Made by a program: the position numbers and the translations under genes. A stretch of DNA of 57,178 nucleotides, the filler included, from Sphacelaria rigidula (taxonomy: Eukaryota), in assembly GCA_964200075.2 (NCBI GenBank). It is 7 parts of 7 records of this genome, joined end to end, with 100 filler letters (N's around TTAATTAATTAA, not from the genome) between each part and the next. Parts side by side here need not be neighbours in the genome. Positions count along the whole stretch, not along the records: positions 24,551 to 32,632 come from CAXNAA020012369.1; positions 32,733 to 40,814 come from CAXNAA020012370.1; 5 more parts are not named here. One strand, written 5' to 3'. Positions 25,268 through 37,280 of this stretch are shown here, in pieces (within the stretch, counting starts at the first letter, position 1; the number at the start of each line of letters is the position of its first letter). Under the pieces are notes generated by a model that worked only from the letters and a program-made list of their open reading frames with translations, ran no database searches and was not told the DNA's origin.

Positions 25268-25395
25268 ACCTTTGGATTCCCCCAGGTTGACGCTCTGCTC
25301 CCTGTTGTACCTTTGGATTCCCCCAGGTTGAAGCTCTGCTCCGTGTTGTACCTTTGGGATTCCCCCAGGTTGAAGCTCTGCTCCCTGTTGTACCT
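25268..25395. repeat. 41-bp tandem repeat x3 in the retroelement 3' region
   Basis: ACCTTTGGATTCCCCCAGGTTGA(C/A)GCTCTGCTCC at 25268, 25309 and 25350. Confidence 0.92.
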
Positions 25396-25720
25396 CCCTG
25401 TTTTCCCCCTTGACTTTTGCTACGAGGCCCAAGCAATTTATTCTTCTTCGTTGATCGCTAGCACGCCGAAGCAGTTTGTGCTTCCGCGTTTCGGAGCAGT
25501 TTTTCTTTTCAGCTCCTCGCAGCAGTCTATGCTTCCCTTCTTTTGAGGTGTGGAAGTAGGTTACAGGATTGTTGGTACGGGAATGCCAGGTACGGGAGGG
25601 AGTGTTCCTTTAGGTATGCTTTAGTCGCTCATGACTTTACGAGTGAAGAAAAACCTTAGTTTTCGCTGTTTTGAGGATAAATCCTCTCAGCTGTAGCAAA
25701 GAGTTGTCTGGGTGGGTTAG

Positions 25721-26134
25721 TGTCATTAAGACGCATATTAGTCTGTTGATGCCGCTTCAGACCCGTTGTCGATTCTAGCCATGGCGTGCTTTTTGTTCTA
25801 GCCATGGCGTGCTTTTGTTCCGGAGACTACAGGTCTGTTCAGAGTTGGTCGGATACGAATGTGAACCTGTATAATTACAGGAATGGCTTTGTTTTTGATC
25901 GTGCTTCACGATCAAAGCTCCCCTCATCAAGCACTATCAACTGCTCCCATCTGCTAGCCAGCAAAAGGAAGTCTAACCATCGGTGAGAGATATTGGCCGG
26001 TCTGGGTTGGATTGATTGAGTGGTATCGGAGTTAGAATCAAGACAATTAAGAGAGAAGTAAAGAACCTATTTGCGTTAACCTCGGCTAACATCTGTATAT
26101 TGAGCAGGTTATACGGCATCTGCAAGTTGTAACA
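25721..26134 (+). mobile_element. Putative 3' LTR of the Gypsy-like element (right end uncertain)
   Basis: Starts TGTCATTAAGAC after a purine-rich tract. The upstream 25440-25720 resembles 32735-32990, which precedes a clear LTR. Confidence 0.45.
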
Positions 26135-26832
26135 GTCTGCCGGATGTACACTTGCCTGCCAAGCTTGTGCCTTGGGTTGCAAGCTGTGTCATTGCATTAT
26201 ACAGCCGCGTGCTCTTTATTATATACACCACAGATGGTCATGATCCATAGAGTGTCGCAGTACAGACCGGTGTCAGTTTTTTACCACATCGGCGGCCCAG
26301 CCGTGCTATATGTCCAAGTTTGTGCATCTGCGCGTGCGCATATATATAGTGCGCAAAGTCTGGGCAGCTGCATGGCCGATTTGAGAGCGCATCGGCGGCC
26401 CACAATCGGTTGGGCCATGTTGTACAGTGTTCCCCGGCCCAATCGCGCGGATATTTTGGGCATACGCTGCTTGTGTTTTTACGCACGAATTTTTGTGCAG
26501 CGGCCAATCTCGAAACCTCGGAGCCAAGCGAATCTGGAAAGCAGGCTAGGCTCCTCACTGTGTGGTGATGCAAAGTGTCTGAGACGTGTGTTGGTGGTTT
26601 TCTTGGTTTGGGGGTCAAAAGGTGGGCCAAACATCCCAAAAATGCACAATTCGTGGGCCAAAGATCTATTTGCCATAACATCACACCCTGGACAATAGAT
26701 TCTATTGTCAAAAAATGTACTGCGTAGAGTGTGGAATCTATTGTCAATTGCAATAGGCGCAATAGTCGATACTGTACGCAGTACACTTTTTGACTGTGTT
26801 TTCTTTTCCCCAGGGTATGCGTAACATCCGGC

Positions 26833-27044
26833 CTGATGCGTGAAAACACCTCCTTGTGCCCACGTGATCGTATCGTAATAGAAAACATCGAGGATGGGCA
26901 TTTTTCAAAATAAATCAGACCAGTCCCTGCAGAGACCACGCTCCTGACCCTAAGCCCAACACTAAGCCTAACTCTAAACCTAACCATAGGGATGTTCAAT
27001 TGCTGATGCGGTCCTCTAAGCACGCGGCCGTCTCACGTATTATA
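26833..27044. mobile_element. Degenerate MITE family A copy
   Basis: Right TIR GCGGTCCTCTAAGCACGCGGCCGTCTCACGTATTATA and internal CCCTAA-like hexamers. Confidence 0.75.
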
Positions 27045-27070
27045 CACCGTGGCTGCTTGTGTCACCAAAA

Positions 27071-27486
27071 AACAGACAATTCTGTAAAATGAGGTTCATC
27101 GATGAAATGAGGTTCGAGCCCAAAAGAGTAATTTCTCCACACTTTCAGCGATGGTGTCCGATGACTTTCTTGTCGGCCTAATGCCCCTCGACCGCGTAGA
27201 TACTTCTTCAGCGCATTTTACCGACTCTGTGAGCTTACAGCGCTGACCAAAACCGCCGCTTTCCCTGATATCGTCCCCCCCTAAAACATAAGTAGAAATG
27301 GCGGTTTCGGGCAGCGCTGTAAGCTCACAGAGTTGATAAAATGCGCTGAAGAAGTATCTACGCGATCGAGGGGCATTAGGTCGACAAGAAAGTCATTGAA
27401 CACCATCGCTGAAAGTGTCGGGAAAGCCCTGTTTTGGGCTCGAACCTCATTCAATTGATGAACCTCATTTTATAGAATTGTATGTT
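27071..27486. mobile_element. Fold-back / palindromic element (~190-bp arms, ~30-bp spacer)
   Basis: ACAATTCTGTAAAATGAGGTTCATC...CTCTGTGAGCTTACAGCGCTG pairs with CAGCGCTGTAAGCTCACAGAG...GATGAACCTCATTTTATAGAATTGT. Confidence 0.9.
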
Positions 27487-29964
27487 AAAATTGTACGGGA
27501 GTCGATACCAAGGCTCTGGACAGAACAAACTGAGCAAGGTGGAGCTCACAGTTTATGCGACCTACCGAACGCACATCACGGGGCTTCGTGCTTGATAATT
27601 AATTGCGAGCCTGGTCCAGCGAAACCCCGGCGTACTCCGTCCCGGCTTTGCAGAGATACCCAAAACAGCACGAGCATAGCTGCGGTCATCGGGCAATTGG
27701 TATTCTGTCTGCCATGAGAAAAGCGTGACATTGAACTGACGGCATTTTCTTATGTACCATTTCTGTTATAGTAAGCCAACGAAAAATGTATGGAAACTGG
27801 TAAGGGTCCTTGCAGCAGCACAGTGCCCACTCTTGAATCGTGAAACGACACATGGTCGAACGTGTACAATACAGACAGTCTGTACTGTCTGAACCATCTT
27901 GCGAGCAGTGTCTCGAATGCGTGTGTGCGTGTTTCGACCAAGAGGATATAAAACAGAAGCGGACAAAGTGCAGTGCAGACAGCCCAGGACTATCAGTTCT
28001 CTCTGCTTACAATGCGACGTGAAAAGGACTTCAGCAACGTGCAGCTTTGTACGTGCAAGCAACTCGGTTGCCCACCGTACCGCGCAGTTCCGTCGCTAAT
28101 CCCTACAATCAGAGAAGACGCGCGCAGTTCCGTCGCTAAGATTTTGCCAATAAAAAAAAACACAAGGCACAACCGACTACTGGGGTGTTTTTATCCCTGG
28201 GCTCAACGCGTGCTCTTCGTTGCACGGTTGTGGTGGTAGCTGAGAATGAGTTTGATGGAGCTTGCGGTGGTCTGTAAGATAGGGGTCAATAGGTGCCGCT
28301 TTGTCTCTTTCGACCGCATGGTTTCGATCGAAAACGGTTGTTTTCCACCTCGAGTGATCCTTCTCCACGCGCCGCTAATTTAATTTTGAATGGAAGCCAT
28401 CTAGGAACATAAATGCGGTGAACTGATCAGATCGGCAAAAACAATCGACCGCACTTTTTGGGGGGAAAAGGAGTGCGGCACGCCCTTTTCATTCCTCTAG
28501 AGGGTAAAACAGCGAAAAGGATTGCGAGAAACGAGGATGACCTCTGGGGCAGAGTGCTCGCAACCCCTCTAGAGAGGGCCCAATGTCCTCCCTCGAGAAC
28601 TCCTCCGGAGGGTCATCCTCCTAGGGGCTGCCACAGACTCTAGAATGGTAGAAAATGTACCCCTCCAGAGAAATTCCACCACCTTTTAGATCTCCAGATA
28701 GTTCCAGAGGGTCTTTTCCCCTCCGGAGGATCAAATTTCCGTCTAGAGAGAGTTTGGGGGCGAGCCAAACGGCCGGGTGTAGCACTTTGCAACGAGAACG
28801 CCCGAACCTCTTGAAAACAAATTCGAAGGCCCATTTTTTTTATTTCATTCAGCATACCTCTGTGGGTTCTCTATGCTACTTTCCAATTTTCCACTTGGTC
28901 GTTATCTCAGGCCATTCCAAATTCGGTATTGGATTTCTGTGACAGAAAACTGTCTCGTTTCTTTCAGAATACTTGGGAAAAGCAAGCAACTTTTCGAAAC
29001 CCTGCTCAAAACATGACCCCATTATATCGAGTACAGGGTACTACACTGGACACAACGCAGTTCTGCAGTGGTAAATGGAGTACAGGGTACTACACTGAAC
29101 ACGAAACAATTCTGCAGTGGTTTTTTAACCTGAACACGGACTGTGTACAGTATGCATCAGCTGCTTCCTCTTGTCGCAGTAGCCACGCGTAGGAGACACA
29201 CACGACGTGGACTGCTCCCACAAAGACATACGCACAGCTATATCTCCCAGAACTTCGCCGAGTAAGCAAGCATGAACCCATCGGTAGGTAGTACGTACCC
29301 AGCGCTGTCCAGCACGGTGGCTAGCACTCGCAAGGTGCGTGGGTGCTGCCGCACGGTCGAAACGCGAACCGTCTACGATTAAGCGCAGCAGCAGCAGGAG
29401 CAGCAGCAGTAGCATCGGCACAGGCTGATTCAGACCCACCCCTAGCCGCGTACATTTACTGGCTAAAACATTGCTGCTGATAATGCTTCTGCTGCTGTTG
29501 CTTCTCGTGCGGGAGGCGGTCCGCATTTCGTCGTGCGACTATACCCACGCACTCGGCACGTCACGTTATATGCCGCAGATACTGCTCCATGCTTGTGCTT
29601 GCAGAAAAAGTCAGGTGATCGGCATTTTCCTTTTTTTTATCGCTTGACCATTTTCCTCTCACGCAGTTGGCTGTTTCGTCTCGAGTCAAACGAACAAGGC
29701 GCTTCCCACACTCATCATGTCTATGCTATAGTTGTCGCTGTACTGTTGTGCATCTAAATACTCTACGACGATCACAGTGCGATGTGCGCTGGAGAGTGCC
29801 TGAACACTTGTAGTGCTAGACAAGCAGTTACGTCTAGATCGAAGCCCACATCTGTGCACAGGTAAACACTGCGGCAGTTCTGGAAGTGGACGTTAATCCA
29901 ATATCTCTGTAGTGCTGCGGACAAGACGCAACGAGGTAGCACAGCGCCGACACACCGAGCCACA

Positions 29965-32135
29965 AAAAGGGACTTGTTCCGTAAGTGAGGCACTTGGAGT
30001 GGATTGACCACTTCTGATCATGAAGGAGAGCTTGCGGCTACGGACGCCGCGCAAAGGTGACCTCGCAGCCGAACACACACAATGTGGGGTGTGCTCGTTC
30101 ACGTTTGTAACCAACACCCCCAAAACGGTAAGAACGTACAGTCATCAAAACACAACACACACTACGCCACCACTCTGCAGTGCTTCGTAGATCCCCGCAT
30201 TGTGGCGGATCCTGGCCATTGCCCTGTGTACACCATCATCAAGTTACAGGTTGTCAGCACAAGACCTGCCTCAAACATTACGGAGAAGTGCTGCCCATCA
30301 TGGCACAAAACCTCTCTCAAACGAGTAATGCCACCCAGGGTTCACACGATACTGATACCCAACCGAGCGAAACATGAAGTAGATGTGAATCGGTATCGAC
30401 ACCATCACCGTGCTCCCGTCAAAATCAAAGCACCACACAAACAATCATCGATCTACGTGTTTACAGCTATAGATTGAATCTTCGAGTAGTCGACGCGGTG
30501 TTTCCAAGCGTGACTTCATCTGGCGGTGCAGCATCGAGGACGTTGTCATTCAGCGTATGGTATTGCGGCGTTCGGGTGCTTGAATGTTTCTGCATCCTTC
30601 CCTCATATAAATTCTACAATTTCCCGTCAACGACGTTGGGTTCGGCAGCGTTTTCGCTTTGCCTTCCATGACCACCACCTTGCTCCCTACTAGAGGTGCC
30701 TAGGGCTGCATTGCGTCCCATATCCCGTCGTCGCGCTGTTGCTGATGAAAGTTGAAGTGCCATGAGTGGTGACGTCGCCGTGAGACACACCGATAGCACC
30801 TGCGGGGAAAGCAAAAATGACACACCGGGCCTTTAAATGCGCGTGAGGGACGCGTTGTTAGACGTACGCCGATTTCTTCATGCAAAAACACTCGGAACAC
30901 GTGACGCTTCGGAGGTCGTACGCAACGGAGATAATGTTGGCCTTGCGATGCTCCATTCTGTACATTGGTGCTGTCTTGGAGATAAAGGACGGCAGTGGCG
31001 CGACTGTACCAAATATTTACGGTTGCAAATGTTTCCGTACTAGACATATGGGAGGGTGATCGGAGCTCCGCATGAAGCAGAAAAATGATGTTCAACATCC
31101 AAACAGTGCTCTTCCTGACCTCAAGTCAAGACAAGTGACTTTCATATGGACGGCCGCATCCCCCCATAAATCCTTCAACTATTTCGGGGGATTTCCATCT
31201 CCAGTTCCCCCGTTACCCCAGAGGGTATGTGCAAATGCACGATCTTTGGTATTCGAAGCGTCCCTCTTTTTCACCTCGGAATTGAGGCAAAATCATTGCT
31301 TTCGCGCGTACCCTTCGGGGGTATGGAAGTCTGGAACCATCTCAAAACCAGTTTTAGGGAGGTCTGGGGGGGTGAGGTCGTCCATATGAACATAATCTGT
31401 TATGCCTTTAGGTCCGAGAAACCACTATTTTGGAGTCAAACCTCATCTTCATTCCTCAACCATATTTTGATCAGTATCTTTTGTTCATTGACGTGCGGCG
31501 AGACGTAACGGTGTTGCTCTGCCTTGCTCTGATACTCCTCTGCAACCCATCCTCTTCATTCCACATTCGCACAAAAATGAGGGCATCAGCTATGTTCCAC
31601 ATTACCATGAAGCTACATGAAGTGCTGACCATCAGATAAACACACAGGGTGGGTTTGTCGTTCGACAAGTGAGACACTTGGAGTGGATTTATCATCTTTG
31701 GCCATGAAGGAGGGCTTGCAGCTACGGTCGCCTAAGACGGATGAGCGCAGTCGAACGCACGCAGGGTGGGGTGTGCGCGTTCACGTTTGTCACCAACATA
31801 CCCAACATGGTAGGATAATGTAAACATCAACACACAACACACACTACGCCACCAACCCTGCGGTGCACTGCGGATCCCCGCATTGTGGTGGATCCTACTC
31901 ATTACCCTGTTTACACGAATGGGATTTACCGACGCAACCGTGCATAATCAACTCACAGTTTATCAGTACCAGAAGTACGTACTTCATACGTGACGAGCGA
32001 GTGCTGCCTGTCACGGCACAGCACCTCTTCCAAATGAGGAACGCATTCAGAGCTCAGAGGGCACCAGTACCTAACCGAGCGAACATGAAACATCTAAAGT
32101 CCGGGACGGGAACTACCACGGTACTCCAGGAGGCC
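29965..32135. repeat. Pair of diverged ~470-bp direct repeats (29965-30420 and 31655-32135)
   Basis: Shared blocks include CACTTGGAGTGGATT, ACACAACACACACTACGCCACCA and GATCCCCGCATTGTGG(C/T)GGATCCT. Confidence 0.85.
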
Positions 32136-32988
32136 CACCAGACTTATCTGTCCTTGTCAGTGTTCGTTGATCAATTTCTACATATTCATGAGTTTAATTC
32201 CAGTTATATTTTCTTCTTTTGGAATTGTCTGATTTCCTCATACCATATTATATAAGTAGCTAGCCTGTGACCACGGAAGGCGTCCGCATCAGATGCCCAG
32301 TACGAATGTACCGCACAGATATCGGGACGGTTCTAAATGCGAAGACAACAACAACAAAAGAGGAACTGACGGAACAATTTTACAAAGTCATGATAATTTC
32401 CGGAGGAATGCCCTTCGGGATGGGGGGGGGGGGGGGGGGGGGGGGGGCGGGTTCCCTTGTCCGAAATCTTCTCCCTGCAGACCACTGGGTACTTCTCCTG
32501 TCAAAATCAAAACACCACATGCACAAATCTCTATCGACCTAGGTGCTTACGGCGACAGATAACAGCCGATCCTAATTTTTGGGGTTGAAACATAATATGA
32601 GGTTGAAGTCCCATCCCTCCATTGCAGGGAAGNNNNNNNNNNNNNNNNNNNNNNNNNNNNNNNNNNNNNNNNNNNNTTAATTAATTAANNNNNNNNNNNN
32701 NNNNNNNNNNNNNNNNNNNNNNNNNNNNNNNNTTTTTCCGTAGAAGTCGCTAGCCCGCAAAAGCATCGTGTGCTTCTGCGTCGTCAAGCGTGCTTACGCT
32801 TTCCGTAGCCGTTTCCACTTCTTTTGTTGTTCGAGGTGTGGGAAAGTCGGGCTTGCTGCCCTCTGTGCCTTGAATGCTGTTATTTGTTTTGGTCTTTTCA
32901 TGACTTACGAGGAGAAAAACCTCCATCTTAGCTGCTTTCTGGGGCTCTTTTCTCGCAACTGCGATAGAGGTTGGTCTGGAGAGGCGAA

Positions 32989-33378
32989 TGTCATGAAGAC
33001 AAGCAGCATCGATCTTTCGATGTTTGGATTTTTGGATAACGGGTCTGATCGGAGGGTCAGATATAGTGTGTACACCTATAAAAGGGTATCATTAGAGCCT
33101 GAGACAGCACATGGAAGTCACTGCTGAGCTCCCCAGGAAAGAGCATCTGACTGTTGCCTGATTGGTGAGACATAAGCGTGGAAAAGCATTGAGCAAGAAG
33201 AAAGTGAGCAAGACAAAGAGCATATCTTAAACAAGAGCCTTGAGTCAAGTAGTTATTAACCTATTCTGCGTGAACCCGTCACGAGTTGTATCCTAGACAA
33301 GTGATTGCACTGTTGTGCTTAGTGTCTTCCTGCACTACAGTGAGGGTTTCTGTGATAAAGCCTTACAGCTTCGTGACA
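32989..33378 (+). mobile_element. LTR (3' LTR of a Gypsy-like element whose 3' UTR occupies 32733-32988)
   Basis: TGTCATGAAG...CTTCGTGACA inverted termini, preceded by purine-rich GGAGAGGCGAA; TATAAAA at ~33077. Confidence 0.72.
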
Positions 33379-33984
33379 CGCATACGTGCATCCTCAAATA
33401 ACCAATAGGTGTCAAACTTCGAACAAGAATCATGCAAAGTATCGAGCCGGTGGTAGCAGCAGCGGCGGCGGTTGTCGTTAACGTCTTGGCGATGTTGTTG
33501 GCAGAGGAGGTGGTAGTGGTGGTGATGCGGCAACGGGAAAAGGTTGCGGTAGTGTTGGTGCGGCGGCGGCGTCGGCGGTTGATGCGGCAGCGGGAAAAGG
33601 TTGTGGTAGTGTTGGTGCGGCGGCGGCATCGGTGGGTGATGCGGGAGGGGTAAAAGGTTGCGATAGTGTTGGTGCGTCGGCCTTGAGAACCTTGACTGTT
33701 TTAGAGGAATGGTTGCCACCGTTGTTGAGATAGAAGCAGCGTACGGCTTGGGCGTCCATCTTCGACTGGGTGCCAGTACTGCAAAAGCCATGTCTGCTCT
33801 CTCCCCCTCACTCAACTCTTGAGGACTCAAAAAAGGGGGGAAAAAAACATGGGAAGTACCGTCTATTCCCAACAGTAACTTCTGATTAGAAAACATACTG
33901 AGGTCGCATTTTGGTAGCCCAGGAACAACATGCAGCCCTGAAGCAACAGTAGAAGCACCATAAATCGTGGGTAGGCGGGGGGAA

Positions 33985-34272
33985 ACACTTGTAGCACTCG
34001 TCTGCGGGGGGACAGGAACAGAACTCGAGGGAACACTCGTGACACTCTTCTGTGTGGGGGCAGGAACAGAACTCTAGGGAACACTCGTGACTCTCTTCTA
34101 CGGGGGGACAGGAACAGAACTCGAGGGAGCACTCGTGACACTCTTCTGTGGGGGGACAGGAACAGAACTCGAGGGAGCACTCGTGACACTCTTCTGTGAG
34201 GGGACAGGAACAGAACTTGAGGGAGCACTCGTGACACTCTTCTGCGGGGGGACAGGAACAGAACTCGAGGGA
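33985..34272. repeat. 48-bp minisatellite (~6 units)
   Basis: GGGACAGGAACAGAACTCGAGGGAGCACTCGTGACACTCTTCTG at 34105, 34153, 34201, 34249 and diverged copies upstream. Confidence 0.93.
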
Positions 34273-34305
34273 GTTTTACGAACACTAGCTCCTTGGGGTC
34301 CGGAA

Positions 34306-34917
34306 TCAGAAATCGGGGGATCGAATCTCATTGACTCTTGCTTGTTGTGGAGTAGAAATAGGAACCGTGTCTTTTCTGGCCGCAACAACAGGCGTAACTA
34401 AGGGCCTCTGTCCGTAGATAGACGGGAAGCGGGAGGCATATTGTGATGATGAACGCTTAGTGCAGTCAAACCGTAATCTGCCACCGAATAAATGCACACC
34501 TTCTTTGTCGCAGATGACTCGTTGGTCCTTTTGGGCCTTGTGGATGGAGAATAGATTGAACTGAATTCCATCCAAAACATACACATCCGTCAGTGATACA
34601 CACACTGCATCGACATGGGGGGAGTTGTTTGCACGTGCCTGGTAAAATCTCAACTCGAGACTCCCTACAGCCTTAACCAGTAGTACCGTACCATCACCCA
34701 AAATAACTCTCTCGCTCCCCGGCGGAGGAGGGTGAGTATAAAAAACATGAGTCATGTCCCCTGTGGTATGGTGTGATGTGCCTGAATCAGCTATCAATAC
34801 TTCTGCATCACGGATGGGTGCAGATCTGGATCGATGCATCATGACTCTACTGCTCATGTCGGGTTCACCTAAACTAAAAACTGATTCCTCTGACACGGCA
34901 GAAAGTGCCATGTACAC
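34306..34917 (-). pseudogene. Ty1/copia aspartic protease region
   Basis: LIADSGTSHHTTGD...VILGDGTVLLVKAVGSLEL...LTDVYVLDGIQFNLFSI is the copia DSG protease (Pol_BBD-type) signature. Confidence 0.88.
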
Positions 34918-35638
34918 ACTATTACCAGAGTCATCAGCAAGCGGCAGATCGGCAGTTGAGGTTTGATGGGGGTATACCGGGTGCGAATAATGGTCGGGTG
35001 ACTATTGGTAGAGTGAGGGATATGGTGGTGGTGGTGCAGCGGAGGAAGGATCATGGTTGGTGTGGTCTGGCGGTGGAAGTTGTGATTGATGATGGGCCTG
35101 TGGTGCAGTTGACGAGGAATTATATTGGGATTGGTTGTGTTCTGAAGACTGTGGTGGATGGTGATTGGGTGATGGAGGTGGTGTGTAATGGGGGAGATGT
35201 TCCGTGGTTGTGGTAGGCTGTGGCTGGAGTTGATGTTGAGAGGTATGGTATTGTACTGTGTGGGCGTAACCGGCATCGTTGAAAGCTTCGTCCTTGTAGA
35301 TACAGTTATCAACGCTCTCATGGTGCTGGTACGGGGGATCAGTCTGTTGGACGGTGTTGGCTTGTGGTTGATGGTTATGGATTTGGTGTTGAGGATGCCG
35401 GTAATGGGATTGTGATGGGATATGATTGGCGGTGTGCTTGGATTGTTGTCGGTGACGTGTTGGGTCCGTTTAGGTGGGTTGGCGTTGCTGAGAAATTGGG
35501 GGTTGCTGGGCTTCGTGATGCTGCGCGTGGTACTAACGAGGAGGGCAGTTGGGACAATTAGAAGGGCAACGGATTTGGGAGGTTATTTGACTTGGTTGGT
35601 GAACCCTACCGCGGCCTGGTCCCGAATGACTCCATGGA

Positions 35639-36637
35639 CTATTTGGTCGCCATGGCTGTTGTCTCGGGGAATGCGACCCCCCTCGACCACCATGACCACT
35701 GCTGATGTATTGTATTGCTGTGAATCATGGGTGATGTGGGAATTGGGTTGATGTGTGTTCGGAGGGATGTGGTGGTGGTTGTGTTGATTTCGCGGATTGT
35801 GGGATCGCCGGTTCCCCCGTTCTGCCATTTACCAGGTGATCCATGGCCCCTTCCACTAGTACCAGAAGCGGACAGTGCATGGTTCAAGGTAGTTTTCTGC
35901 CTTTCTTTCAACAACTGTGATTCTGCATACGCATTTCCTAGCTGCAGGGTTACCTCATCTATATTTATCCCTCGTAGTGCTAGTAGATTCCTACGCTCGT
36001 GCTCGTATTCTGATGAAAGGCATCGAACAATATGCCTGTTCGCTTCACAGTCCGAGAGAACTACATCGAATTTTTCACGCTTCCTACGAATAAACTGGGC
36101 CGGCGAGAGAAAGTTCATTGGCAACTCACCGTCGTCCATCTGCAACGTTTGCCAGTCGTGTTCCAACTTGGCTTTCTCTGTGGCTTCTGGAATCCTGTAG
36201 GACTGCACGATATAATTCCAAGCTTGACTTGGGCTCGCAAGCATATCGATATGTCTCATCAAGGGAGGAAAGGTGACTTCATCAAGTATTATCCTCATAA
36301 CCCCTCTGGCTTTGTCGACTGCTTCGTTTCCAAAACTTGATCGCAAATCGTCCCCATTCTTACGGTGTACCCTGATGGGGTTCTCTACTAGCAGAACGTC
36401 GAAACAGTTTTCGTCCTTAAAATACGCACACATCTGGATGTTGAATACCTAGGACCTATCCTTGACATTGGTAGATGTGGCAGCTTTTTCACCCCAAGGT
36501 AGGATGCTTTTGTTGCTGCGAATTCGATGATAATTGGGGGTGTGAGGGGTGTGGAACGGTCCTTGCTGTACTGTATTAGCATGCATCAGCGGTGTGTTGT
36601 TCATTCTCTGTTGCATCCTGTTCAACTGTTCAGTCAA
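35639..36637 (-). pseudogene. Ty1/copia gag (frameshifted near 36440)
   Basis: ASPSQAWNYIVQSY...KAKLEHDWQTLQMDDGELPMNFL...HIVRCLSSEYEHERRNLL resembles Retrotran_gag_2; it lies upstream of the protease on the same strand. Confidence 0.82.
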
Positions 36638-36894
36638 AATCTTTCTTGCTCATCCATTGTGGGGTATTGGTTCTCTTCCATATTAAAACCTCGTCAAATT
36701 TTCAGCCTTGCTCAATCTGTACTCAAACCTGACAGCCTTCACACCTCTCTCTAAAATACTCCTCGACTCAAACTCTGTTCTTGCTCAAACTCTCTCACTT
36801 CGACTCAAAATCTCCTCTTGCTCAAACTCTCTCCAATCTCAAACCCTTCTGCACCGGCGGTAACTCTTATCGCTAGCGTAATCGACCGCTCTGA

Positions 36895-37280
36895 TGAGGG
36901 GTAAACGTTCACACGATTCAAGTGTGTGAACAGCGGTCAGCACCTTGGCTCAGGCAAATAGTAAAGTTCCAGAACACGTTCGTATTATCTCAGTTCACCC
37001 TGTTCACTTTCCCACATACAATCAACCTTCAATCACACAATGACACACGCTCAATATCCCCCCCACTCAAGTATCACACTCGTGCAGACTCACCACATAC
37101 ACTTAAATTAATCCCCAGAGCAAGGCAGGCAGATGGCACCCAGAGAACCAAGATGGACCAAGATGGAATGACCGAAGGTGGGCGATGGGCAACCCAGCTG
37201 AATGGAGTGTACACTTGATTGTATTCGCATAACCTACGTCATTCCTTTGATTGGTTACCTAATCCTCCGCGTTTGCAACA
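36895..37280 (-). mobile_element. Putative 5' LTR of the copia element with degenerate tRNA-iMet-like PBS
   Basis: The minus strand begins TGTTGCAAACG at 37280 and reaches ...CCCCTCATCAGAGCGG at ~36886-36901, compared with the canonical PBS TGGTATCAGAGC. No partner LTR is in the contig. Confidence 0.5.

Noticed and set aside
26144-27023. Long overlapping ORFs (261, 184 and 140 aa)
   Set aside because: No recognisable motifs; the longest starts within a MITE and they overlap on both strands.
28490-28750. CRISPR-like repeat-spacer array
   Set aside because: The repeats are only ~10 bp, degenerate and irregularly spaced; the context is eukaryotic with no cas genes.
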